Below, piece after piece: positions 18,964-29,100 of a DNA stretch of 64,000 bases (positions are counted from its first letter, which is position 1; the number at the start of each line of letters is the position of its first letter). Origin of the DNA: Alphaproteobacteria bacterium. Its GTDB lineage: Bacteria > Pseudomonadota > Alphaproteobacteria > JANQMY01. A program made the translations under genes and the position numbers. The stretch is from assembly GCA_965228775.1 (NCBI GenBank), contig OZ245840.1, positions 376,941 to 440,940 of the forward strand, in the 5' to 3' direction. A model generated the notes under the pieces. The model worked only from the letters and a program-made list of their open reading frames with translations, did not search any database and was not told where the DNA came from.

Positions 18964-19764
18964 ATGAGCTCTTGGAGTTTTGCCCACAAACTCGGACTGG
19001 CTGGATTGTCGGTCATCCTAGTTCTTGCCGCTTGTGGCGAGCCTCAAGACACACTTGCAGAGGGAGGGGCCACTGAGAACTCTTCGGCCACGACCAGCCT
19101 TACCAAAGAAGAGATTGAGAAGATCATTCACGAATACATCGTGTCCAATCCTCAAGTCCTCATTGAAGCGTTTGACGAGCTAGAAAAAAGAGACGTTGCG
19201 GAGAAAGCCCAGCAGTTTGAAAAAAACCTAGTCAGTGCCAAAGATGATCTGTGGAATGACGGTTTCTCATATGTGGCAGGAAATCCGGATGCGGACGTAA
19301 CGATCGTTGAATTTTTCGATTACAATTGCGGCTATTGCCGACGTTCATTGTCGACGGTTTTGAGCCTTATCGAGGAAGACAAAAACGTCCGGGTTATCTT
19401 TAAAGAATGGCCAATCCAGGGGCCCGACTCTGTTGTTGCGGCACGCGCGTCTCTCGCGGCCACGAAACAGGGCAAGTTCATGGAACTGCACCAAGCGCTC
19501 ATGAGTTCTTCCGAAGCGATTACTGAAGCAATCGTGATGAAGACGGCCGCTCAGGTCGGCATTGATGTCGTCCAACTGCAGAAAGACATGAAGGCCCCTG
19601 AAGTGGACGAAATGCTGTCCAGGAACGGAAACCTGGCTCAAAGTCTTGGCATTACGGGCACACCGGCATTCATTGTCGGCGATCAGCTTATTCCAGGGGC
19701 CGCTCCGATTGATCAGTTCAAATCCGTTATCGAAGAAGTACGCGCCGATTGCACGATCTGCTAG
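18964..19764 (+). CDS. DsbA-family periplasmic thiol:disulfide oxidoreductase, possibly a lipoprotein
   Basis: 266 aa. A lipobox-like LAAC sits in the signal peptide. The thioredoxin-fold active site is CGYC, within FFDYNCGYCRR. Confidence 0.88.
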   Translation: MSSWSFAHKLGLAGLSVILVLAACGEPQDTLAEGGATENSSATTSLTKEEIEKIIHEYIVSNPQVLIEAFDELEKRDVAEKAQQFEKNLVSAKDDLWNDGFSYVAGNPDADVTIVEFFDYNCGYCRRSLSTVLSLIEEDKNVRVIFKEWPIQGPDSVVAARASLAATKQGKFMELHQALMSSSEAITEAIVMKTAAQVGIDVVQLQKDMKAPEVDEMLSRNGNLAQSLGITGTPAFIVGDQLIPGAAPIDQFKSVIEEVRADCTIC

Positions 19765-19846
19765 CGGACTTGAGCGTTTCCAAGTGAGGTGTGCAACGGT
19801 TCGGTGCCCAAGTCTTTTGGCGAAAACGCGCTGAAACAAAGGCTCC

Positions 19847-19883
19847 GGTCACTTTTGCTATTCAATGAAAACCAAAAGTGACC
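19847..19883. terminator. perfect 11-bp inverted repeat (hairpin) abutting the thiSG stop; probable transcript-end structure
   Basis: GGTCACTTTTG (19847-19857), a 15-nt loop, then CAAAAGTGACC (19873-19883). On the minus strand it is followed by ggagcCTTTGTTTC. There is no clean T-run, so the terminator call is tentative. Confidence 0.45.
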
Positions 19884-20878
19884 TAGATCAGTCCGCCAAG
19901 GGGTGAGGACGGGTCAGCGTAAAGCTTTCGCTTCATACGTCCTGCTTTGTAGGCCATACGCCCAGCGGTCACCGCGTGCTTCATCGCGCTTGCCATAAGG
20001 ATTGGATCTTGCGCTTCCGCAATGGCGGTATTCATCAGCACACCGTCACACCCAAGCTCCATCGCCTCTGCCGCATCTGACGCGGTTCCAACGCCGGCGT
20101 CCACCAGGACCGGCACAGATGCTTGCTCCACAATAAGCCGGATGTTGATGGGGTTTTGAATTCCGAGGCCAGACCCAATAGGCGCCGCCAGAGGCATGAT
20201 CGCGCAACACCCGATCTCTTCCAAGCGCTTCGCCATGATGGGATCGTCGCTACAATAGACCATCACGTCGAACCCGTCCTTGATGAGAATTTCGGCCGCG
20301 CGAAGAGTTTCAGTCATGTCTGGGTAAAGCGTCTTCTGATCTCCTAGGACCTCGAGCTTCACGAGAGACCAGCCCCCCGCTTCCCGGGCCAGCCTCAACG
20401 TCCGGACTGCATCTTCGCCGGTGTAACAGCCGGCTGTGTTCGGCAAATAGGTCACCTTGGCGGGATCAATAAAATCCACCAGATTGGGTTCATCCGGATT
20501 GGTAACGTTGACCCGCCGGATGGCCACCGTCACGATCTCAGCGCCTGCGGCCTCCATAGCAGCGGCATTCACGGAAAAATCCTTGTACTTCCCGGTCCCA
20601 ATGATAAGCCGGGAGCGGTATTTCTTTCCGGCTATCTCCAGCAGATCCTCATCGCTCACGCCCATTTTTGGCTCCACATTACCACCGCCCACAAACTTAA
20701 CGATCTCAAGCTTGTCGCCATTATTTACCGTTGTGTCCTGATATTGTGACTTGGGCACAATCTCGAGATTGTGCTCCACGGCGATCTTTCGGGCGTCTAG
20801 CCCCAAATCTTGCAACAATTGAGCAATTGATACCGGCGCGGGAAGGCTACGCCCTTCCCCGTTGATGGTCACTTGCAT
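19883..20878 (-). CDS. thiG: ThiS-ThiG fusion protein (sulfur-carrier domain fused in frame to thiazole synthase)
   Basis: The track ORF (355 aa) begins 24 codons upstream. ATG 20878 gives [12 protein letters not shown]...[13 protein letters not shown] (ThiS fold with a C-terminal GG). It then runs without a stop into [32 protein letters not shown]...LPNTAGC...[13 protein letters not shown] (ThiG). Confidence 0.88.
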   Translation of the reverse strand: MQVTINGEGRSLPAPVSIAQLLQDLGLDARKIAVEHNLEIVPKSQYQDTTVNNGDKLEIVKFVGGGNVEPKMGVSDEDLLEIAGKKYRSRLIIGTGKYKDFSVNAAAMEAAGAEIVTVAIRRVNVTNPDEPNLVDFIDPAKVTYLPNTAGCYTGEDAVRTLRLAREAGGWSLVKLEVLGDQKTLYPDMTETLRAAEILIKDGFDVMVYCSDDPIMAKRLEEIGCCAIMPLAAPIGSGLGIQNPINIRLIVEQASVPVLVDAGVGTASDAAEAMELGCDGVLMNTAIAEAQDPILMASAMKHAVTAGRMAYKAGRMKRKLYADPSSPLGGLI

Positions 20879-21015
20879 GGTTTGGAAGCGCCTTTCCTGG
20901 ATAAACTTGAACTTTCCCCGGATAATGATAGAGAGGCTCCCAGGTTTCAACCGGTGGACGCCATAGGAGCGTCCGGGTGCCCTTCTGGGCGCCGCAGATA
21001 TGGATAACTCTTGGA

Positions 21016-21453
21016 ATGCCCAAATCCGTTTACGTTCTGAATGGACCTAATCTCAACCTTCTGGGGCAAAGAGAACCAGAAATCTACGGTACCGCGACAC
21101 TCGATCAGATAGCCGATCAGACATCAGATCACCTGAAATCGCTTGGATTTGGCTGCGAATTCAGGCAAACCAATGACGAAGCTGAGCTGGTCACTTGGAT
21201 TCAAGAGGCGGAGAAGCAGGCCGACGGCATCATCATCAATGCGGCCGCCTATTCTCATACGTCGATTGCCATCCGGGATGCACTGAGCGCAGTATCAAAA
21301 CCGATTATAGAAGTTCATTTGTCCAACATATTCGCCCGTGAAAGTTTTCGGCATCATTCTTTCATTAGTGAAGTGTCAAATGGCGTTATTTGTGGTCTCG
21401 GCGCACGCGGCTACCTCTTGGCCGCCGATGCGTTGAAGGATTTGATTGCCTAA
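21016..21453 (+). CDS. aroQ: type II 3-dehydroquinate dehydratase
   Basis: [25 protein letters not shown], ...[16 protein letters not shown], ...EVHLSNI..RE.FRH. The track start at 20977 looks like an over-extension. Confidence 0.93.
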   Translation: MPKSVYVLNGPNLNLLGQREPEIYGTATLDQIADQTSDHLKSLGFGCEFRQTNDEAELVTWIQEAEKQADGIIINAAAYSHTSIAIRDALSAVSKPIIEVHLSNIFARESFRHHSFISEVSNGVICGLGARGYLLAADALKDLIA

Positions 21454-21470
21454 GAAGGAGCTGTACCCAG

Positions 21471-21956
21471 GTGACAGAACAGTCGGAAAAAAAGGCGGGT
21501 AACCTGAGTGGAAAAAGCAAGATCGACGGCGATGCCGTGCGAGAACTCGCAAACCTGCTGGAAGAGACAGGCTTAGCGGAGATTGAACTCGAGCAAAACG
21601 GTCTGCGTCTGCGTGTGGCAAAAGCCGTCGCCTCTTCTGTCGTAACCGCAGCGCCGGCCCCTGTGGCGGCCCCTGCCGCCGCCACGGCGGCACCAGCAAG
21701 CGGTGCGGAAGCCGCTGTCCATCCGGGCGCTGTAACATCGCCAATGGTCGGGACAGTGTACGTTGCTCCTGAACCTGGCGCGAAGCCTTTCATTTCCGTC
21801 GGCGATAGCGTGACCGAAGGACAGACCCTTCTCATTGTAGAAGCCATGAAGACCATGAATCAGATTCCGGCGACAAAGGCCGGAAAAGTCACCAGCATTC
21901 TGGTGGCGAACGGTCAGCCGGTGGAGTTCGGAGAACCGCTCGTTGTCATCGAATAA
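21471..21956 (+). CDS. accB: acetyl-CoA carboxylase biotin carboxyl carrier protein
   Basis: The GTG start lies 10 nt after aaggag. An Ala/Pro-rich linker is followed by the biotinyl-lysine motif EAMKTMNQI. The track ORF (from 21390) overlaps aroQ and is probably too long. Confidence 0.9.
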   Translation: MTEQSEKKAGNLSGKSKIDGDAVRELANLLEETGLAEIELEQNGLRLRVAKAVASSVVTAAPAPVAAPAAATAAPASGAEAAVHPGAVTSPMVGTVYVAPEPGAKPFISVGDSVTEGQTLLIVEAMKTMNQIPATKAGKVTSILVANGQPVEFGEPLVVIE

Positions 21957-21983
21957 TTAAAACAGACCTCGGGTGGTGACCAC

Positions 21984-23327
21984 ATGTTCGAAAAAGTTCT
22001 CATAGCCAATCGGGGCGAAATCGCCCTTCGCGTCCATCGTGCCTGCCAAGAAATGGGCATTTCCACTGTCGCGATCCATTCCACCGCCGACGCAGATGCC
22101 ATGCATGTGCGCCTTGCGGATGAAAGTGTGTGTGTCGGTCCGCCGCCCGCAACGGACAGTTACCTGAACATCCCAGCGATCATCTCCGCCTGCGAAATCA
22201 CAGGCGCGGAAGCGGTTCATCCGGGGTATGGTTTTCTTTCCGAAAACGCGAAATTCGTTGACATTCTGGACGAGCACGACATCGGGTTCATTGGTCCGTC
22301 GGCTGAACATATTCGGATCATGGGCGATAAAGTAACCGCCAAATCGACCGTCAAACGCTTGGGCATTCCCGTGGTCCCGGGCTCTGACGGCGCTGTCACA
22401 ACGACCGAAGAAGCGCGCGCCGTGGCTTCGGAAGTGGGATACCCGCTTCTCATCAAAGCAGCGGCCGGCGGCGGTGGCCGGGGCATGAAGATCGCCCAAA
22501 CCGCAAACGATCTCGAAGAAGCGATCTCGACAGCCAAGGCGGAATCCAAAGCAGCCTTTAATGACGATGCCATCTACATAGAAAAATATTTGGGCCGGCC
22601 AAGGCATATCGAGGTTCAAGTCATCGGCGATGCCAATGGCAAAGTTCTTCATTTGGGAGAACGCGATTGTTCCCTGCAGCGCCGCCACCAGAAGGTATTG
22701 GAAGAGGCGCGCTCTCCGGCTCTTAACGATCAGGAGCGCGAGCGCATCGGTGAAATCGTCACCACGGCGCTGTCTCAAATCGGCTATCTAGGCGTCGGCA
22801 CGGTCGAGTTCCTCTATGAAAACGGCGAGTTCTATTTCATCGAAATGAACACGCGCCTGCAGGTGGAACATCCTGTGACAGAGATGATCACAGGCCTCGA
22901 TCTTGTCCGCGAACAGATCCGTATCGCCTCAGGCATGCCGCTCTCCATGGATCAAAGTGACATCACATTCTATGGCCATGCCATCGAATGCCGCGTTAAT
23001 GCTGAAAACCCCAAGACGTTTACGCCTTCTCCTGGCCTGATCCGGGATTTCCACGCACCGGGTGGCCTGGGCGTGCGGATCGATTCCGCCGCTTATTCCG
23101 GCTACCGTATTCCACCTTACTATGACAGCCTTATCGGCAAATTGATTGTACACGGACGGAATCGGAACGAATGCCTGATGCGCCTGCGCCGGGCTCTGAA
23201 GGAGATTGTCGTCGACGGTATCGACACGACCATTCCCTTATTTCTGGAACTCATGAATCACCCGGATTTCATGAATGGCGACTATCACATTCATTGGCTT
23301 GAAGAGTTCCTAGCTGACGCCGCATAA
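21984..23327 (+). CDS. accC: acetyl-CoA carboxylase biotin carboxylase subunit
   Basis: 447 aa. MFEKVLIANRGEIALRV..., the ATP-grasp loop GGGGRGM, EMNTRLQVEHPVTE. Confidence 0.97.
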   Translation: MFEKVLIANRGEIALRVHRACQEMGISTVAIHSTADADAMHVRLADESVCVGPPPATDSYLNIPAIISACEITGAEAVHPGYGFLSENAKFVDILDEHDIGFIGPSAEHIRIMGDKVTAKSTVKRLGIPVVPGSDGAVTTTEEARAVASEVGYPLLIKAAAGGGGRGMKIAQTANDLEEAISTAKAESKAAFNDDAIYIEKYLGRPRHIEVQVIGDANGKVLHLGERDCSLQRRHQKVLEEARSPALNDQERERIGEIVTTALSQIGYLGVGTVEFLYENGEFYFIEMNTRLQVEHPVTEMITGLDLVREQIRIASGMPLSMDQSDITFYGHAIECRVNAENPKTFTPSPGLIRDFHAPGGLGVRIDSAAYSGYRIPPYYDSLIGKLIVHGRNRNECLMRLRRALKEIVVDGIDTTIPLFLELMNHPDFMNGDYHIHWLEEFLADAA

Positions 23328-23333
23328 TACCCT

Positions 23334-23984
23334 ATGCCGGCCTTAACGCCTGACCTCCTGTTGAAAGCCTATGCCTATGGCGTTTTCCCCATGGGCGAGG
23401 ACCGGGATGATCCGTCTGTCTATTGGGTAGACCCAGACTTTAGAGGCGTCATTCCACTGGACGATTTTCACGTGCCCAAACGGCTGGCCCGGACGGTACG
23501 CGCGGACAAATTCCAAACCACTGTCAATGCCGACTTCGGCGCCACCATTGAAGCCTGTGCCGAACGGCATCACGGAAGGCTTAGTACGTGGATCAATGAC
23601 GACATCATCAAGAACTACACGGCACTGCACGAAATGGGACACGCCCACAGTGTCGAGACGTGGCTTGACGGTGAGATGGTTGGCGGCCTTTACGGCGTCT
23701 CGCTGGGCGCAGCGTTTTTCGGAGAAAGCATGTTCAGCCGGGCGCGTGACGCCAGTAAAGTCGCGCTTGTCCGACTTGTTGCCCAGCTAAAGACCGGTGG
23801 TTTTCAGTTACTGGATACGCAATTCATTACAGATCACCTGACACAGTTCGGCGCCTGCGAAATCACACGGGATGAATATCAAAAGAGGCTGCGGCCGGCG
23901 GTTGCTCAGCCTGCGGAGTTCTCGTCACTGCCTTCAGGCACTTCCGGCTCGATGATAATGCAGTCCATCAACCAGATATCGTAG
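23334..23984 (+). CDS. aat: leucyl/phenylalanyl-tRNA--protein transferase
   Basis: 216 aa. [13 protein letters not shown], ...[30 protein letters not shown]. Confidence 0.92.
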   Translation: MPALTPDLLLKAYAYGVFPMGEDRDDPSVYWVDPDFRGVIPLDDFHVPKRLARTVRADKFQTTVNADFGATIEACAERHHGRLSTWINDDIIKNYTALHEMGHAHSVETWLDGEMVGGLYGVSLGAAFFGESMFSRARDASKVALVRLVAQLKTGGFQLLDTQFITDHLTQFGACEITRDEYQKRLRPAVAQPAEFSSLPSGTSGSMIMQSINQIS

Positions 23985-24460
23985 ACCGGATGCTCCAAAG
24001 CGTTCAGCGCAGGGCTTGAGGCGAACATCCAACCTTGAAAGAGGTCTTCTTCACTTTGGTCGGGCTTGATGTCCTTCACTTCCAGAAACGCCGTCTTCTC
24101 TGGCGTTTCTTCTGGCGGCCGTTTGTTGCATTGACGCGTTACGAATTGCAAAGACCCAAAGGAAACCACCTCATCGATGGGAGCATATACCGTGGACACC
24201 CGCGCGGTAATCTTATCCAGTCCGCGGAATACAGCGCCACCTTCCGTCTCCACCATTTGCTTCAGCGCTTCTTGTGAAGGTCTATCATCGGCAGGCGACT
24301 GGTCCTCAGCGAGGTTGAGTCGTGTGGTTGGCAAACTCTCGGACTGTGCTTCGTCTAGGGGCGTCGAGGCCGCTTCTTGTGCACTAACAGGCTGAAATGC
24401 CAACACGAGGGCCAAAGAGCTGGAAAGCCCTATGCCAACTATTTTCTTATAAAAGCCCAT
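23906..24460 (-). CDS. DUF2155 domain-containing secreted protein
   Basis: ATG 24460 gives a signal peptide ([27 protein letters not shown]). The conserved core is [39 protein letters not shown]...[11 protein letters not shown]. The track ORF is 47 codons longer. Confidence 0.8.
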   Translation of the reverse strand: MGFYKKIVGIGLSSSLALVLAFQPVSAQEAASTPLDEAQSESLPTTRLNLAEDQSPADDRPSQEALKQMVETEGGAVFRGLDKITARVSTVYAPIDEVVSFGSLQFVTRQCNKRPPEETPEKTAFLEVKDIKPDQSEEDLFQGWMFASSPALNALEHPVYDIWLMDCIIIEPEVPEGSDENSAG

Positions 24461-24616
24461 TGGCTGCTCTGCCTTCGTCACGCCGATAACCCCCTCGACA
24501 ACTCGCCGGTGCCCAATGTCCCCACACCCGCAGTTTAGCTTACATCCCGTTCGAAACAACTTTTCGCCAGCCAGTGTTAAATATCCCAAAATTGGCGGCA
24601 AAAGTGTGGCAGTCCC

Positions 24617-25084
24617 CTATTCTTCTTCGCCCTCTCCGCTGCCGCCTGCGCTGAATATCGCTTGGCCAACCAGCCCAATCAAATCGATGGACCCTTGCGT
24701 GAATTGGATCTTACCGCCATCGGCGATGAGGTCTTCGCTCCCACCAGGCTCGATCGACAAATAGTTGCCGCCCAGCAGACCTTCAGAGGTAATCTTGATG
24801 GATGAATCATCCGGCAATTGAACCTTCGGATCAATCGACATGGACACTTTCGCAAGATAGGTATTTGGGTCGAGTTCCTGCGACGTCACGGTTCCAATCT
24901 TGATGCCGGACAGCCGCACATCGCTGCCGACCGTCAGGCCATCCACGCTGTCGAAGTCAGCGGTCACCTGATACCCGGTCACATCTCCTACATCTGCGGT
25001 CGTATAGGCAAAGAACAGGAACGCGCCGGCCACGAATATGACCAAAGCCCCCACCAGCGTTTCGACCATATTATTTGCCATCAA
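24617..25084 (-). CDS. mlaD: outer-membrane lipid asymmetry maintenance protein MlaD (single MCE domain)
   Basis: 155 aa. N-terminal TM (VETLVGALVIFVAGAFLFFAY) followed by an MCE domain (YQVTADFDSVDGLTVGSDVRLSGIKIGTV). Confidence 0.9.
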   Translation of the reverse strand: MMANNMVETLVGALVIFVAGAFLFFAYTTADVGDVTGYQVTADFDSVDGLTVGSDVRLSGIKIGTVTSQELDPNTYLAKVSMSIDPKVQLPDDSSIKITSEGLLGGNYLSIEPGGSEDLIADGGKIQFTQGSIDLIGLVGQAIFSAGGSGEGEEE

Positions 25085-25130
25085 GGACTCTCCTCAACCG
25101 TCGAAAATACCTATCGAATTTTCGTTTCTA

Positions 25131-25526
25131 TCAATCAGGCTGCCAGGCCTGATAATCCCCCGTTGCTTCCGGACGCTGACCGGAACGATAAAGACTTCCC
25201 GCAGGCCGATAGGCGTTTGGCGTACCTGTTTGATTAGGTACGTGCTCTTTTTCCCAGGATTTGATCTTAAACGGCGCGACGGTCGGCGGCTCATCAAAGG
25301 TATAATGCAGCCAACCATGCCAATCCGGCGGCACGCGTGATGCCTCAGCCTCACCGTTATAGAGCACCCAGCGGCGCTTCTGCCCATTGTAGCGGGGCTT
25401 CTTTTCTTCGTAGTAGCGGTTGCCCTGTTCGTCTTCGCCAACCAGAACGCCTTTACGCATCGTGAACAGGCGCGTACCCAGTGTTTGGCCGCGCCACCAC
25501 ACAAAAATTTCAGAAAAGAGACCCAT
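25131..25526 (-). CDS. NADH:ubiquinone oxidoreductase subunit NDUFA12-family protein
   Basis: 131 aa. GTRLFT...G..VGEDEQGNRYYE, ...RRWVLYNGEAEASRVPPDWHGWLHYTFDEPP. Confidence 0.9.
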   Translation of the reverse strand: MGLFSEIFVWWRGQTLGTRLFTMRKGVLVGEDEQGNRYYEEKKPRYNGQKRRWVLYNGEAEASRVPPDWHGWLHYTFDEPPTVAPFKIKSWEKEHVPNQTGTPNAYRPAGSLYRSGQRPEATGDYQAWQPD

Positions 25527-25885
25527 TCAAAATTCCCGTCGATCTTTCCAATTTCGCGGCGTTAAAGACGCCCGCCGATTCTCGGCGGAATATTGCATTG
25601 CCAAAAGACACAGTCCAGCGAGAACACATGAGACGGTCCGACTCACCTGTCACATTTCGTCAATCGAACGTCTTTTGAAGCACGAATTTTCGAATTCATT
25701 TCCCCCTCAGCGATTTAGCCCCGGGGTCTTAAATTATTCCCTTCAGGATGCCTATTCTGCCCAATTCTCATTGCCACTTCGTGACTCAGTTTTCATGAAT
25801 TTTTTTTTGCAGAGTCCGGGACTCAGAAGCAGCGATTAACGCTTTGATTCAACGTCACATCTCCTCAACCACCCAAGGACTACAA

Positions 25886-25932
25886 AAGCTACATATAGGG
25901 GCTGGCAGACCGAATTAACCAAAATGTAGTTG
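25886..25932 (+). promoter_or_regulatory. candidate tandem NrdR boxes upstream of nrdJ
   Basis: Box 1 is aagCTACATATAGggg (25886-25901). Box 2 is aacCAAAATGTAGttg (25917-25932). They match 11/16 and 10/16 positions of the NrdR consensus as I recall it (acaCwAtATaTwGtgt). The centre-to-centre spacing is 31 bp, typical of tandem NrdR boxes, and the site lies about 240 nt upstream of an RNR gene. Motif match only. Confidence 0.3.
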
Positions 25933-26164
25933 CAAGCCGAAAACGGCTTTTCTAGACTTTGTACCCGTTGAGGGCTGGAGGTCTAAATCTGGTGTTTGGC
26001 AGATGGGGTTTTGTTTCCCACGCGCCACTGTCTGACCAAGCACTTTTTTAGCTCACAATTGGGTTTGGGTTGGTAACGCCGGAAATTGACGTTTTAGGCG
26101 GCTGGGTTTTCTTGCCCTGAAGCGTCAACGAGACGGATTTTTCGTCAAGATCAAAGAGGATTTC

Positions 26165-29100
26165 ATGCGCTTTTCGCGTCGTTTTACGGAAGACGGGTTG
26201 TCGCCCTATGACGGGCTAGAATTCAAGAAGACCAATAGTGAAATACGAAACCCAGATGGGTCTCTTGTATTCAAGCTAGATGACATCGAAGTCCCGTCGA
26301 GCTGGAGCCAGGTCGCCGCCGACATTTTGGCCCAAAAGTATTTCCGAAAAGCAGGTGTTGCCTCAAAACTTAAACCTGTGGCCGAAAGCTCGGTACCGGA
26401 ATGGCTGTGGCGTCACGTGCCCGAAGAAGGATCCGACGTAACCTACGGCTCAGAGACCTCGGCACAACAAGTCTTCGACCGCCTTGCGGGCACTTGGACC
26501 TATTGGGGCTGGAAGGGCAACTATTTTGAGTCCGAAGAAGATGCGAGGATTTTCTTCGATGAGCTGCGCTACATGCTGGCGACCCAGAGAGCGGCCCCCA
26601 ACAGCCCACAATGGTTCAACACCGGCCTTCACTGGGCGTATGGCATTGATGGTCCCGCACAAGGCCATCACTACGTCCACCACGCAACGGGCCGCCTGGT
26701 TCAGTCCGAAAGCGCCTATGAGCATCCACAGCCCCATGCCTGCTTCATCCAAAGTGTCCAGGACGACCTGGTGAATGACGGCGGCATTATGGATTTATGG
26801 GTGCGTGAAGCGCGCCTGTTTAAGTATGGCTCGGGCACCGGCACCAACTTCTCCGACATTCGCGGGGTCAACGAACCGCTTTCCGGCGGCGGCAAATCGT
26901 CGGGCCTGATGAGCTTCCTGAAAATCGGCGACCGGGCTGCTGGCGCCATCAAATCTGGTGGCACCACACGTCGGGCCGCCAAGATGGTGGTTGTGGATGT
27001 GGACCACCCGGACATTGAAGACTTCGTTGAATGGAAAGTCATCGAAGAACAGAAAGTGGCGGCCTTAGTCACCGGATCCAAAGTGGCTGAGAAGCACCTG
27101 TCCGCCGTCATGCGCGCCTGCGTCAATTGTGAAGGCGATGGCGACGACTGTTTCGACCCCAAAATGAACCCTGCCCTCAAGCGGGAGATTAAAGCGGCCC
27201 GCAAGGCGATGGTGCCTGAAAACTACATCGGCCGTGTCATCCAGTTTGCCAAGCAAGGCTACACCAGCCTCGAATTTCCGACCTACGATACGGATTGGGA
27301 TTCCGATGCCTATCTGACTGTTGCGGGGCAAAACTCCAATAACTCGATCCGGGTCACCGATGAATTCCTCCAGTCAGTGGAGGCCGGAAAAGAATGGGCC
27401 CTCAAACGCCGCACCGACGGCGCCGTTGCGAAGACTGTCAACGCGAAAGAGTTGTGGGAAAAAGTCGGATACGCTGCATGGGCCTGCGCCGATCCGGGCA
27501 TTCAATTCCATACGACGATCAACGATTGGCACACTTGCCCATCCGGCGGGGATATTCGGGCATCTAATCCGTGCTCGGAATACATGTTCCTGGACAACAC
27601 GGCCTGCAACCTTGCGTCTCTCAATCTGCTGGCTTTCCGCAAAGACGACAAGTCGTTCGATGCAGACGGTTTCGAACACGCGGTGCGGATGTGGACCCTT
27701 GTTCTCGAGATCTCGGTCATGATGGCGCAGTTCCCGTCCAAGGAAATCGCCGAATTGTCTTACAAGTACCGCACGCTGGGCTTGGGTTTTGCGAATATTG
27801 GCGGATTGCTGATGTCCTCCGGCCTGTCCTATGACAGCCACGAAGGACGCTCCTTGTGCGCGGCAATTACGGCTCTTATGACCGGCACCTGTTACGCGAC
27901 ATCCGCGGAAATCGCCCAGCGTCTCGATGCCTTTCCCGAATATTGGCACAATGACGACGCCATGCTGCGGGTGATGCGAAACCATCGGCGGGCCGCTTAT
28001 GGCGAGACGAACGGTTATGAAGGCTTGAACACGCTTCCCGTGCCGCTCGACCTCGACACGTGCCCAGACCAGGACTTGGTGATGCGCGCCCGCACAGCTT
28101 GGGACCGCGCATTGGCACTTGGCGAAAAACACGGCTTCCGCAATGCACAGACAACCGTGATTGCCCCCACCGGGACAATCGGCCTGGTTATGGATTGCGA
28201 CACCACGGGCATCGAACCTGACTTTGCATTGGTCAAATACAAAAAGCTTGCCGGCGGCGGCTACTTCAAGATCATCAACCGGGTCGTGCCGGATGCTCTT
28301 AACACTCTGGGATACACGTCTGACCAAGCCAATGAGATCATCGACTATGCCGTTGGTCACGGCACCTTAGAGAACGCTCCCGGCGTGAACCATCAAGCGC
28401 TCTTGGCGAAAGGCTTTACCCCAGACCTTATTGAAAAGATCGAAGGATCGCTCGCGACCACTTTCGATGTGCGCTATGCCTTCACGAGATATTCTCTTGA
28501 GGACGAATTCTGCCAATCCGTACTCGGGCTGTCTGAGGAACAACTAGCGGACCCTACATTGGACATTTTGTCCGCGATCGGTTTCTCGAAGGACGACATT
28601 GAAGCGGCCAACCTGTATTGCTGCGGTTCAATGACGTTGGAGGGAGCGCCACATCTGAAAGACGAACACTTACCAGTGTTCGATTGCGCCAATCCTTGTG
28701 GCCGCCTAGGCAAACGTTATCTTTCGGTGGAAAGCCACATCCGCATGATGGCGGCGGCTCAACCCTTCATCTCAGGCGCCATTTCCAAGACCATCAACAT
28801 GCCGGGCGATGCCACCGTCGAAGACTGCATGCAGAGCTACATGCTGTCATGGCAACTTGGCATCAAGGCCAATGCGCTTTATCGGGACGGCTCGAAGCTC
28901 AGCCAACCTCTGAATTCATCCTTGCTCAGCGCCGATGACGAAGACGAGGACGACCTTCTCGACCAAGTAGCTGCGGACCAGCCGGCTGCTGCCCGCGCTC
29001 AGGTGATTACGGAGCGGATTGTCGAGCGCATCGTCGAGCGCGACCGGGAGCAGGCCCGGCGCAAACTCCCGGGCCGCCGTAAGGGCTACACGCAAAAGGC

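Noticed and set aside
20879-21015. Possible TPP (THI-box) riboswitch upstream of thiSG
   Set aside because: I read the minus-strand sequence and found no CUGAGA core or the ACCUGAUCUGGAUAAUGCCAGCG-type element. The CCGGATAATG string is on the wrong strand and lacks its partners.
21957-22778. 273-aa ORF on the minus strand
   Set aside because: It is entirely antisense to accC, whose identity is unambiguous. Its Arg/Gly/Ala-rich composition is typical of shadow ORFs in GC-rich coding DNA.
25420-25839. 139-aa plus-strand ORF reaching into the nrdJ upstream region
   Set aside because: Its 5' part is antisense to the NDUFA12 gene and the rest has no motif or plausible SD. I treat the region as non-coding.
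25960-26040. Possible cobalamin riboswitch before nrdJ (GGTCTAAATCTGG ... CCCACGCGCCACTGT)
   Set aside because: Only fragments resemble the core. I found no B12 box (AGYCMGgAgaCCkGCc-like) and no GGGAAG element. A B12 OFF-switch on a B12-dependent RNR would also be regulatorily odd. I leave it as a covariance-model check under the nrdJ leader finding.
27374-28360. 328-aa ORF on the minus strand, plus several shorter ones between 26370 and 29701
   Set aside because: They are antisense to the contiguous, well-conserved nrdJ frame. None shows a recognisable motif, so I treat them as shadow ORFs.
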